DNA of 25,943 nt from a virus (lineage: Duplodnaviria > Caudoviricetes): positions 1-25,943 of IMG/VR virus record IMGVR_UViG_3300030207_002135; one strand, 5' to 3'. The notes below the pieces were generated by a model. It did no database searches and had not been told where the DNA came from. It saw nothing but the letters and a program-made list of their open reading frames with translations. Positions 9,954 to 17,677 of the stretch are shown here, one piece after another. The position numbers and the translations under genes are program-made. How positions within the stretch are numbered: position 1 is the stretch's first letter; each line of letters starts with the position of its first letter.

Positions 9954-10361
9954 TTAAAGTTCCTCGTAAATTTCAAAAGTTATTCTTAATTGGGTTTGGA
10001 AAGTACCCTCCGGACTAGGAGTAAGCACTTCGGGACCTATCGGGGAATCAAAGATTACATCTGATACTGTGACTTTATTGTATAAGTCTCTTATCCTTTT
10101 GCCAATAGTAAAATTATTTCCGCTTCCTTCTCCCCCTTTAGTAAAAATATTAATAGTAACAAGTCCTACAACTAAATTTACTCCATCGGCTAAATATCTT
10201 CCATCGCCAAAAGCCGTTAAACATTGAACAAAACTATCAGAAGAAATAGCATCGAAAGGCATATTATTAAATACTACAGGAATTATTGGGGCTTCATTAA
10301 GCTCATTTAATAATCTTTCTTCTATAGTTTGTCTTACGGTATTAAAATTAATAGCTCCCAT
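9954..10361 (-). CDS. Tail terminator / tail completion protein
   Basis: 135 aa in the terminator slot before the tube gene; GLVTINIFT...G.G...RIRDLYN pattern. Confidence 0.7.
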   Translation of the reverse strand: MGAINFNTVRQTIEERLLNELNEAPIIPVVFNNMPFDAISSDSFVQCLTAFGDGRYLADGVNLVVGLVTINIFTKGGEGSGNNFTIGKRIRDLYNKVTVSDVIFDSPIGPEVLTPSPEGTFQTQLRITFEIYEEL

Positions 10362-10726
10362 TATAGCCTCCCGAACTTTTCTTGAATAAAGCTTTCTATT
10401 TCTTTTACGGCGAGTTCCGGATAACCTTTTATCGTTCCTTGCCTAGTTCTATATTTTCCTCCCCAACTAGGAGGTAGGCTAGTTCCAAAAGCTACTGGCT
10501 CGGCATACTCTACATTAGTAGAAACTACTCCAGAAAATGGTTTTATATCACTATTCCAACTACGAAATAGATTACCGGTAGTTTTGTAACTTACACCGGC
10601 GGGTTGGGTATTAGGAGTAAATTTTTTAACTTTTTGTTCTAATTTAAGAGTTGCAGATTTAACCGTTTTCACAACGTCATCTTTAAAATGATCTGCTATA
10701 AACTCTAATCTTATTTCCCTAGACAT
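10361..10726 (-). CDS. HK97 gp10-like neck / tail completion protein
   Basis: TGNLFRSW and NVEYAEPVAFGT motifs; neck-gene position. Confidence 0.75.
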   Translation of the reverse strand: MSREIRLEFIADHFKDDVVKTVKSATLKLEQKVKKFTPNTQPAGVSYKTTGNLFRSWNSDIKPFSGVVSTNVEYAEPVAFGTSLPPSWGGKYRTRQGTIKGYPELAVKEIESFIQEKFGRL

Positions 10727-10727
10727 T

Positions 10728-11084
10728 TTAACCTCTTAAAAATAATTCGTAATAAATAGGGGTATTATCTTGTTCATTAGTATCAACTCTAATAACTGTA
10801 TATTCTATAGAACTAATAATTACTAGATCTCTCGGAGTAGGAGTAAAAGTAATACTTCCGGCGGAGACGGTAAGTTTTTTATCGCTTTGTGATATTAGAT
10901 CATTAACTTCGCTACTGGTAACGTTCTCTAATGAACCTTTTATAGAAACGCTGGTTGTATTATCTATTACTAATCCTTCCTCACTATCGTAAGAACTTTC
11001 CGTTACTCTTTTTATCGTAACTGTTCCTCCTAAACGTAATAACGTCTTATTAGAAACTTTTTTAAGTCCTTTAGCTATACCCAT
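10728..11084 (-). CDS. Head closure / head-tail joining protein
   Basis: 118 aa beta-rich protein in the neck cluster, between adaptor and gp10-like genes. Confidence 0.65.
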   Translation of the reverse strand: MGIAKGLKKVSNKTLLRLGGTVTIKRVTESSYDSEEGLVIDNTTSVSIKGSLENVTSSEVNDLISQSDKKLTVSAGSITFTPTPRDLVIISSIEYTVIRVDTNEQDNTPIYYELFLRG

Positions 11085-11302
11085 TAATATCTATAAGCTA
11101 TTACGGAACCACTCGCTAAAGTAATACTTGTTATAACGCCTTCTATAGAACAATTAGAATTAATAGTAACGCTAGTTTTAGTACCGTCTATATTTTCAGA
11201 AACTAACGTTGCTATAACGCTATTTTCTAAAGCCTTAACACATTGGAACCTTCCAGTATGGGCTGTTTGATCGGTAATAATTTCGGCTGCCGAATAGTGC
11301 AT
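11084..11302 (-). CDS. Hypothetical virion-associated protein (72 aa)
   Basis: Tightly packed in the neck cluster; C-terminal ITSITLASGSVIAY. Confidence 0.6.
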   Translation of the reverse strand: MHYSAAEIITDQTAHTGRFQCVKALENSVIATLVSENIDGTKTSVTINSNCSIEGVITSITLASGSVIAYRY

Positions 11303-11304
11303 AA

Positions 11305-11865
11305 TTAACTCCTTTTAATGGCTACGTTTCCGGAACCGCTTATGCGGAGTCCGACTAGATACCTTTCAAAAAGTGGAGGTACTCGATCTGCACCTACCGC
11401 TCCATAAAAATTAGGCTCTACGTCTAGATTACCAAGTTTTACTTTTTTGTAATCCTCTAGACCGCTTAATCCTAACCCATCTTTATTGTTATTTAAATAT
11501 ACGGCTAATATTACTTGAGCTTTTTTTACTTGTTCCGGTATTTCGTTTTCGGCAAAATAATCTGTAGATATTCGAAAAGGGAACCCAATAGAATAAGTAT
11601 TAATATAAGTATCGGGTTTTCTTACTCCTTGTCTCGGCCACTGTAAAGCTTGGGTATTAGTTACTCTAGCCCCTAAAAATCTTTCCCTATCCAAACGAAC
11701 GGTTGCTGTAAATAATGAACGGTTTTTTTGGTCGGTAGTTGCACTCGCCCATGCAGTAACATCATCATCTTCGACTAACCCATCTACTATATCTTGGGCT
11801 TCTGATAAAGAAACGTAACTATTTGCTATGTTGCTTCCTATCGTTGTGTGTAACGTTATTGCCAT
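11305..11865 (-). CDS. Head-tail adaptor (family often annotated DnaT-like)
   Basis: ANSYVSLSEA, QALQWPR, IPEQVKKAQ motifs; downstream of the capsid genes. Confidence 0.75.
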   Translation of the reverse strand: MAITLHTTIGSNIANSYVSLSEAQDIVDGLVEDDDVTAWASATTDQKNRSLFTATVRLDRERFLGARVTNTQALQWPRQGVRKPDTYINTYSIGFPFRISTDYFAENEIPEQVKKAQVILAVYLNNNKDGLGLSGLEDYKKVKLGNLDVEPNFYGAVGADRVPPLFERYLVGLRISGSGNVAIKRS

Positions 11866-11959
11866 TAGTTTTTGGTTTTTTCTTTTTTATAGAGGGTTTA
11901 GAGACTACCGTTACGGCAGCCTCTTTTTCCCTTGCTCGCTTAAATGCGAATAACCCCAT
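11819..11959 (-). CDS. Small basic hypothetical protein (46 aa)
   Basis: Not in ORF track. MGLFAFKRAREKEAAVTVVSKPSIKKKKPKTNGNNVTHNDRKQHSK*; starts just after the upstream stop and overlaps the adaptor start. Confidence 0.6.
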   Translation of the reverse strand: MGLFAFKRAREKEAAVTVVSKPSIKKKKPKTNGNNVTHNDRKQHSK

Positions 11960-11960
11960 A

Positions 11961-12338
11961 CTATTTTCTAAAAGCACTAACGGCAGTAGTACTCGTAACT
12001 CTAAAAATAAAAGTTCCGGAAGTATCTGCTGTGATGTCAGGCTCGCCGACTATAGTTACGCCAGAACCAGCGGTTAGTGTGAACTTATGTGTGCTTGCTG
12101 CTTTATTAACAACAGTAAGCTCAAAAGTCTGACCAACTTTGTTCTGAGTACCGAGAGCAGTTAAGATTTCTGCTGCGGTAGGAGTAGTAACAGTTCTATT
12201 CCCAGTAGGAGTACCGTCTACTATTCCTTCTATTAACTCAGCGGTTGTGAGTGTCATAGCTCCGTTTTCGGTTTTAATAACTTTAGTTTTAGTTAGTTGA
12301 CCGAAAGGAGGGTTTTGTAGTTCGAATAAACTAGCCAT
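11961..12338 (-). CDS. Putative capsid decoration / minor structural protein
   Basis: 125 aa Thr-rich beta protein immediately after the major capsid gene. Confidence 0.55.
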   Translation of the reverse strand: MASLFELQNPPFGQLTKTKVIKTENGAMTLTTAELIEGIVDGTPTGNRTVTTPTAAEILTALGTQNKVGQTFELTVVNKAASTHKFTLTAGSGVTIVGEPDITADTSGTFIFRVTSTTAVSAFRK

Positions 12339-12350
12339 AATTAATTACCT

Positions 12351-13379
12351 CTAGTCTTGTGTTGAAATGTTGGTAGCTCTAACGATACCAATATTCTTTG
12401 TTTCGTAAACCTTCGACCAGTTGCTTACGTTTTCTAAAACTGAGCGTGTTGGGTTTGCATCAGTAACCGCCCACTTAGTACCAACAGGGTGGTAGCAATA
12501 GTGAAGGTCGATAGCCATAGCGTCAGATTTAGCCAAAATATCTCTATCAGTCTCAGTTGTTAGTCCGGCTTGTTCGCCACTAGCAATAGCTCCCTGAGTA
12601 AAGAAATAAGAAGCATATTCAGTAGATGCTCCGCTTCCCGCAGTTTGTACGTCATCTGAAACGATAACTCTTAGTCCGCAATAAGTAGGAACAGTATCCG
12701 CTCCGCCGTAAGCTCCGGAAATAGTTCCTCCAGAAGGAGTTGCAGAACCGCCGTTTCCATCTGTAGCTAAAACGTAATCTACTAATCTTCGCTCTACCAA
12801 GTCATAATAAACAGCACTATGGACGCAAACGGCTGTTAACTTATCTCCTTGATCTCCTAAAAGAGCTTTAGCCTTCGCAACGTGACGAGGACTTAAAACT
12901 GTTGGAGAATCGCCGGAACCTCCGTCTATTGTTAGATCGAATAAAGCAGCACTAGAAGTTGTACTATTAACAGAACCGAAAACGCCTCCTAAACATGAAA
13001 GCAAATCTTTCTGTCTTTGGTTAGCGATAAATGCTCCAATCTTCTGACCTATCGCAGCCATAGGGTCTGCACCCGCAGCCATAGCAGCTAAGTCTCTAGA
13101 TTCGAAAGCTTTTCCTCTATGTAGGATAACTCCCACTTGTTTTCCAGTGCCAATCTTAGAAGGCGATAAAGATGAAGAATCAGATAGAACTTCAAAGTCG
13201 CCGGATAGGTTAGCATTGAAAAAAGGTATATTGACGAAATCACCCCCCTCTGTCGCATTCAGTTCGGCCATAGGTGCAACCACACCGCTTGCCAAGAAAC
13301 TATCTCTTTGAGTAGTCTGCTGAATAACGTAAGGTGTAAAAACCTCTGGGATAATAACGTCACTTCTTAAAACAGCCAT
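12351..13379 (-). CDS. Major capsid protein
   Basis: 342 aa; SDVIIPEVFTPYV, GGDFVNIPFF, YCGLRVIVSDD, ETDRDILAK, HPVG motifs; follows the scaffold gene. Confidence 0.93.
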   Translation of the reverse strand: MAVLRSDVIIPEVFTPYVIQQTTQRDSFLASGVVAPMAELNATEGGDFVNIPFFNANLSGDFEVLSDSSSLSPSKIGTGKQVGVILHRGKAFESRDLAAMAAGADPMAAIGQKIGAFIANQRQKDLLSCLGGVFGSVNSTTSSAALFDLTIDGGSGDSPTVLSPRHVAKAKALLGDQGDKLTAVCVHSAVYYDLVERRLVDYVLATDGNGGSATPSGGTISGAYGGADTVPTYCGLRVIVSDDVQTAGSGASTEYASYFFTQGAIASGEQAGLTTETDRDILAKSDAMAIDLHYCYHPVGTKWAVTDANPTRSVLENVSNWSKVYETKNIGIVRATNISTQD

Positions 13380-13409
13380 TTTTTAAATAAAGCCTAAAGT
13401 GTACGGTGT

Positions 13410-13444
13410 GGGCGTAACCCTAAATATCTGCGTAACAGAATTTA
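13410..13444 (-). promoter_or_regulatory. Two tandem UUACG-loop hairpins in the capsid gene leader
   Basis: TAAATTCTG-TTACG-CAGATATTTA (13444-13421) and GGG-TTACG-CCC (13420-13410). Confidence 0.6.
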
Positions 13445-13453
13445 TCTAATATT

Positions 13454-14146
13454 CTAGCGAGATTCCGCAATATTTCGCAACTTTTGCCATGTTTCTACAC
13501 CATAAACTTTAGCAATTCTTGATTGTTCAGTAATATTTTCACTATTTTTAAGAAATGGCTTTAACATCTCCTCGCTAAAATTACCGTTATTTGAAGGCTT
13601 AGAAATAGGGGCTCCCGTTCCACTTATAGTTTTTGTTTTTAAAAGATAAGGTTTTTCTTTTTCTAATTTATTCTTAACGTAATCGGCAACGGGGATATGT
13701 TCATAACCGTCTACTATTACAGGCATACCGTCTTTATTTTGTATCTGATCTTTAGGAACTAAATTATTTAAAACAAGTTCGGGGTCATGTGTAACTTCGC
13801 TTAATGCCTGTAAAGCGGGCGTAATTAGTTCCAACTCTCTAATACGTTTTTGCTGTTCTTCTATTTTTGCCTTATCTTCGGCAGAACGTTCTCTATATTG
13901 TTGTTCTAAAGCCGTAGTCGCTTCGTTGTATTTACCTTTAGCTTCTAATTCTTCTTGTTCTTTTTTTTGTTTAAAAGCTAGTAAAGTCTCATAATCATCT
14001 GGAACTTTGGTTTCTTTTTTTTGCAACTTACCGATAAGCTCGTAATTTTTAGCTTCGAGTTTTTTAACGGATTCTCTTAAAAGGTTTAGCTCCTCGTTGT
14101 TATTAGGAGTAGGGGGCGTAACCACCTCTTTGTTTTCTTCAGCCAT
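13454..14146 (-). CDS. Capsid scaffolding protein
   Basis: 230 aa Glu/Lys coiled coil, KPYLLK...SGTGAP motif, directly upstream of the major capsid gene. Confidence 0.85.
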   Translation of the reverse strand: MAEENKEVVTPPTPNNNEELNLLRESVKKLEAKNYELIGKLQKKETKVPDDYETLLAFKQKKEQEELEAKGKYNEATTALEQQYRERSAEDKAKIEEQQKRIRELELITPALQALSEVTHDPELVLNNLVPKDQIQNKDGMPVIVDGYEHIPVADYVKNKLEKEKPYLLKTKTISGTGAPISKPSNNGNFSEEMLKPFLKNSENITEQSRIAKVYGVETWQKLRNIAESR

Positions 14147-14161
14147 AAAGACGTAATCTTT
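14111..14161 (-). promoter_or_regulatory. Two UUACG-loop hairpins flanking the scaffold start codon
   Basis: AAAGA-TTACG-TCTTT (14161-14147) abutting the ATG, and AGGTGG-TTACG-CCCCCT (14127-14111) in the early coding region. Confidence 0.6.
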
Positions 14162-14179
14162 GTATTTATATTAGTTATA

Positions 14180-14458
14180 CTACCATTTAACTTTATTTGC
14201 CCAATATGCGGCACTTGTTTTTCCTTTAGCAATATTTTTAGCGTGTCTAGCTTTAAAACTTTTTCTTTTAGCTTTATCGGCTGCGGACTCCCCTTTTCGA
14301 GGAGGTTTAGTTTTAGCCCCTTGCATACCGAAACGAATTAATTTAAATCCGTCGCCTTGTTTTATTACTACTGCGTGTGACTTACCACTTTTATGGTTAG
14401 GGGTTCTTATTGGTTTATCTACCCCATCAAAAGTATGGCCTCCTCTTTTTATTGCCAT
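14180..14458 (-). CDS. Small highly basic phage protein
   Basis: 92 aa Lys/Arg-rich; IRFG...RKSFKARH...SAAYWANKVKW pattern recalled from marine phages. Confidence 0.75.
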   Translation of the reverse strand: MAIKRGGHTFDGVDKPIRTPNHKSGKSHAVVIKQGDGFKLIRFGMQGAKTKPPRKGESAADKAKRKSFKARHAKNIAKGKTSAAYWANKVKW

Positions 14459-14718
14459 TACTTTTTACGGTATCTATTATAAATTGCTTTATCGACGGTT
14501 CTAGCTTTATCACCTCGCATATAACTATTAACTCTAGCCATAGCCCATGCCGGCATAGGAACATTACGGGAACCGCCGCCAAGATAAGCTCCTTGACCTT
14601 TTCTATATACTTCCGCTAACTCACCATAAAAAAACTTAGTTCCTTCGGCTTTTGCCTTTAGTGCTTTTTTTACTTTTTCGTTTAGCGGTTTTCTTTTTGG
14701 TTTTGCTTTTGGAGCCAT
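14458..14718 (-). CDS. Small basic protein, DUF5824-like
   Basis: Likely ATG start at 14718 (MAPKAKPKRK) rather than the TTG at 14727; VYRKGQGAY...WAMARVNSYMRG...D motif. Family name is from memory. Confidence 0.65.
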   Translation of the reverse strand: MAPKAKPKRKPLNEKVKKALKAKAEGTKFFYGELAEVYRKGQGAYLGGGSRNVPMPAWAMARVNSYMRGDKARTVDKAIYNRYRKK

Positions 14719-14893
14719 CTTGTGCAACCCTTGATTTAGATACGGCTTTAATGTCTATATAAAGACCCTTTTTATAAAGTTCGGCGGTTCTTTTTATTTC
14801 GGCAGCTTTAGCCGCTCGGTTTTTAGAACCCGTTAGGTACTTTTTAGGCAACCCAGTTTTTTTATCTTTAGGAACCCGCCTTAATTTAGCCAT
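14636..14893 (-). CDS. Small highly basic protein
   Basis: 85 aa; KDKKTGLPKKYL...EIKR core with a Lys/Ser-rich tail overlapping the next gene. Confidence 0.7.
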   Translation of the reverse strand: MAKLRRVPKDKKTGLPKKYLTGSKNRAAKAAEIKRTAELYKKGLYIDIKAVSKSRVAQDGSKSKTKKKTAKRKSKKSTKGKSRRN

Positions 14894-14902
14894 TTTAAGA
14901 AA

Positions 14903-14989
14903 CTACTTTTTAGTTCCCTTTTTCTTTTTTTTCTTTGTTTTAGGAGGTCTTCCTACTTTAGAACCATAAGTTCCTTTTCCCATTGGCAT
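14903..14989 (-). CDS. 28-aa basic peptide with AT-hook-like GRP motif
   Basis: Not in ORF track. MPMGKGTYGSKVGRPPKTKKKKKKGTKK*; fills the gap and has TATAAT 22 nt upstream of its ATG. Confidence 0.7.
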   Translation of the reverse strand: MPMGKGTYGSKVGRPPKTKKKKKKGTKK

Positions 14990-15021
14990 AATTTTAAATG
15001 CAACTAAAACTATTATATCTT

Positions 15022-16200
15022 TTAAATAGCTTTTGGATATTTTTTGACTAAATCTTTTAAAGATAATTCAGTGCCGTCATCTCTAATTATTAACCGTAAA
15101 GCCTCACGAGGACTTTTATTTTTCTTATCTATTAAGTAATTAAAAAACTTTTTTTTGTTACCTAAAGTCTTTGTTTGTATCGAAGGGTTCTCTTTTAACC
15201 AAGTTCCGTAATTTTTATCTTGCGGTACTCTACCCGTAGCACTAGGTCTAGTATCGGGGAACCTTTTTTCTATATCGTCATCATCAAGTACCGGTACGGT
15301 AGAAGAACGACAATTAAAATGTTGGGGAGGAAGTGGACCTTTATTATATTCGAATATTTGGCCATCTAAAGAAGCACAGATAATACTTGTTTTAGAATCT
15401 AATATAGCCACATATTGATATTTAGAAGTAACATCTCTATTGGCTTGATAAACCGCTTGGCTCGCAGCATTTTGTACTTGGTTTACGGTAGTTCGGACTA
15501 TAGCCATTACTTGGTTATTAGCTAATTTAGTTCCCGTTCCCCCCGCTAGTCGTTGAGCTTTAGCTGTCATTTCTTGGTTAGCTCCGAATTGTAATCTACC
15601 TCTTAACCGTTTAGCTATTTTAGACATTGCCTCCCCTTCGGTAATACCTATTCTTACTTGGCTAGAGATGAGGTCGGCTTGCGAGTCAGCTATCCCTCTA
15701 AAAGCTTTTTGTACAATTACCCCACTAGGTAAAGTTATTTCGGAACCTTTAACGGCAGTTAAACTAAAGCGGGTTTGCACTGCCCCCTCTAACTGATTAG
15801 GTAAGTTTAAAATATTTATTTGCGTTGGGTCAGTCATAACCACAGAACGAGCAAAGTCAGGACTTACCGTTACAACATTTATAGGAATAGTACCGCTGGG
15901 CAATACTTTTTTTAATTCTCCCGCTATAAATTCAGTTTGAAACAAAGCTAAACTATTTATTTGTTCGATCATTACGGCGGTACTCGTTCCCGACCAAGTT
16001 TCTAAACTTTCTTTCATACCCGCTAACATAGCTCTAATTCTAGCTACGGTAGCCGGAGCCGTTACTTCATCTATAGTTGCGAGTTGATTAGTTAGATCAA
16101 GAATTACGTTGTTATAGTTAGTAATTATCTCTCTTGCGACTTTATTACTAAACCTATTAAGGTCTATAGTCTCACGATAAAAACTTTCGGGAACGGACAT
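15022..16200 (-). CDS. Minor head / head morphogenesis protein (SPP1 gp7 / Mu gpF-like)
   Basis: IVRT, YVAILDSKTSIICASLDG, PPQHFNCRS motifs; follows the portal gene. Confidence 0.9.
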   Translation of the reverse strand: MSVPESFYRETIDLNRFSNKVAREIITNYNNVILDLTNQLATIDEVTAPATVARIRAMLAGMKESLETWSGTSTAVMIEQINSLALFQTEFIAGELKKVLPSGTIPINVVTVSPDFARSVVMTDPTQINILNLPNQLEGAVQTRFSLTAVKGSEITLPSGVIVQKAFRGIADSQADLISSQVRIGITEGEAMSKIAKRLRGRLQFGANQEMTAKAQRLAGGTGTKLANNQVMAIVRTTVNQVQNAASQAVYQANRDVTSKYQYVAILDSKTSIICASLDGQIFEYNKGPLPPQHFNCRSSTVPVLDDDDIEKRFPDTRPSATGRVPQDKNYGTWLKENPSIQTKTLGNKKKFFNYLIDKKNKSPREALRLIIRDDGTELSLKDLVKKYPKAI

Positions 16201-16203
16201 TTA

Positions 16204-17637
16204 TTAACTTTCGTCATCTTCGGGTTCGGCACTTATTTCTTGTTCATCTGGTTCCGCTTCTTTTTTAGGAGCAGCCATAGTTACAAGCCCTCCCGTTTCT
16301 GTACTTTCTAGTTCTTCCTCTACATCGAACTCGTCTCCTAATACTTCCCCTTCGGCTAACTGTTCTAATAAAGTTTTTTGCGTAATAGAGCCGGAAGTAT
16401 ATAACGCTAAATAAGCTTGTATTTCTTGAGGTTCTAAACGTTGCGATAAGAAGTCTCTATTAACGAAACAACTACCGGCTTCTTTCCCTAAATAGTTTGC
16501 ATGATACTGTAAACAATTATCTATCATATCTTGCATTTGTTGGGCAACGACCATCATTGTAGAGTCGCCTTGCGAGCGATCTATTTTTTTAGCTTCGGCG
16601 GTTTCTGCTGATAATTTTTGTCCTAATACGGCGGCTAATCCTAACTCATTTATCTGTCCTTCTAGCCTATCTAATCGTTTAAACTGAGCCTCGTAGCTTT
16701 TGCCGTCAGGTTCTATATACTCTGCCCGCCCGTCGGGTGGAAACGCTATAGCTTCTCCGGGTCCCGCCGAAACCTCTTCTGCCGCCTGAGAAAAGCCATA
16801 AAACGCTAACATAGGAACTGCCGATATATGAAGTTGATTATCTAAGTCACTTTGTATTTGGTAAGCTTTTAAATTTAGTTCCGCTATATCAGACATCGGA
16901 GGTCTAGACTCTAATAAGTTAAGGCGGTTGGAATACGCTACGGAAAAAGGAATACGATTAAGAGGATTAGTACCCTCTTCATATAAACTAAATTTATTAT
17001 TTTTATCTTTACGATGTATTTCAAAACTATCGGGAGTAAGTAACCTAACTTGTTCCGTAATCTTTTCGCCGTAAAGTCCATCGGGTTCACTTACTTTTTC
17101 TAATAACCTTAACTGCGTAAACTGAAGTTGGCCTTCGATCATTTCAGTTCGCCAACCTAAAATATCTCTAGGAGTATAAGTAACCCAATAAGGTCTACCG
17201 CCTTGCCCCGTTCTTGGAGCATCTACTAAAACTCCAACGTGTCCATAACGAATCATTTTTCGGGCGGTTTCGTAAGTCCAAACATTTAGGTCGTTTCCCA
17301 TAAGGTCAACATCGAATAATTGGGTTCTTATATCGTCGCTTGTATCGTTTAATCTTACAGGTTTTCTAGTGAGCATTCCGGCTAACATTCTTTCTAGTCG
17401 AATATAGTAAGGAGGGCAAACGGAACGTGCTAAACGGTTATCGTAACTTTCATCTAACTCTCTAGGCTCTTGCATTAAATACTTTCTATGTTTAGAACGC
17501 ATCTGATAAGTTCCGCCTAATAAATCCTCTATTAATATCCAGTGAGGTTCTTGTTCAAACCAAGTATTATTAGGGTCGTTTATATCTTTCCCTCTACTTA
17601 CTGATTGGCGGTTGTAATGACTATAGCCTGAGTACAC
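16204..17637 (-). CDS. Portal protein (DUF4055-type)
   Basis: 477 aa, GTG start with AAGGAG upstream; YDNRLARS, GHVGVLVD, PPMSDIAELN..YQ..SD motifs; follows terL. Confidence 0.9.
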   Translation of the reverse strand: MYSGYSHYNRQSVSRGKDINDPNNTWFEQEPHWILIEDLLGGTYQMRSKHRKYLMQEPRELDESYDNRLARSVCPPYYIRLERMLAGMLTRKPVRLNDTSDDIRTQLFDVDLMGNDLNVWTYETARKMIRYGHVGVLVDAPRTGQGGRPYWVTYTPRDILGWRTEMIEGQLQFTQLRLLEKVSEPDGLYGEKITEQVRLLTPDSFEIHRKDKNNKFSLYEEGTNPLNRIPFSVAYSNRLNLLESRPPMSDIAELNLKAYQIQSDLDNQLHISAVPMLAFYGFSQAAEEVSAGPGEAIAFPPDGRAEYIEPDGKSYEAQFKRLDRLEGQINELGLAAVLGQKLSAETAEAKKIDRSQGDSTMMVVAQQMQDMIDNCLQYHANYLGKEAGSCFVNRDFLSQRLEPQEIQAYLALYTSGSITQKTLLEQLAEGEVLGDEFDVEEELESTETGGLVTMAAPKKEAEPDEQEISAEPEDDES

Positions 17638-17677
17638 TTTTAAACTCCTTAGTTTGTTTTCATATTAGACAATAATT

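Noticed and set aside
14636-14720. Programmed -1 frameshift fusing the two basic ORFs
   Set aside because: The downstream frame is +1, not -1, and has its own ATG.
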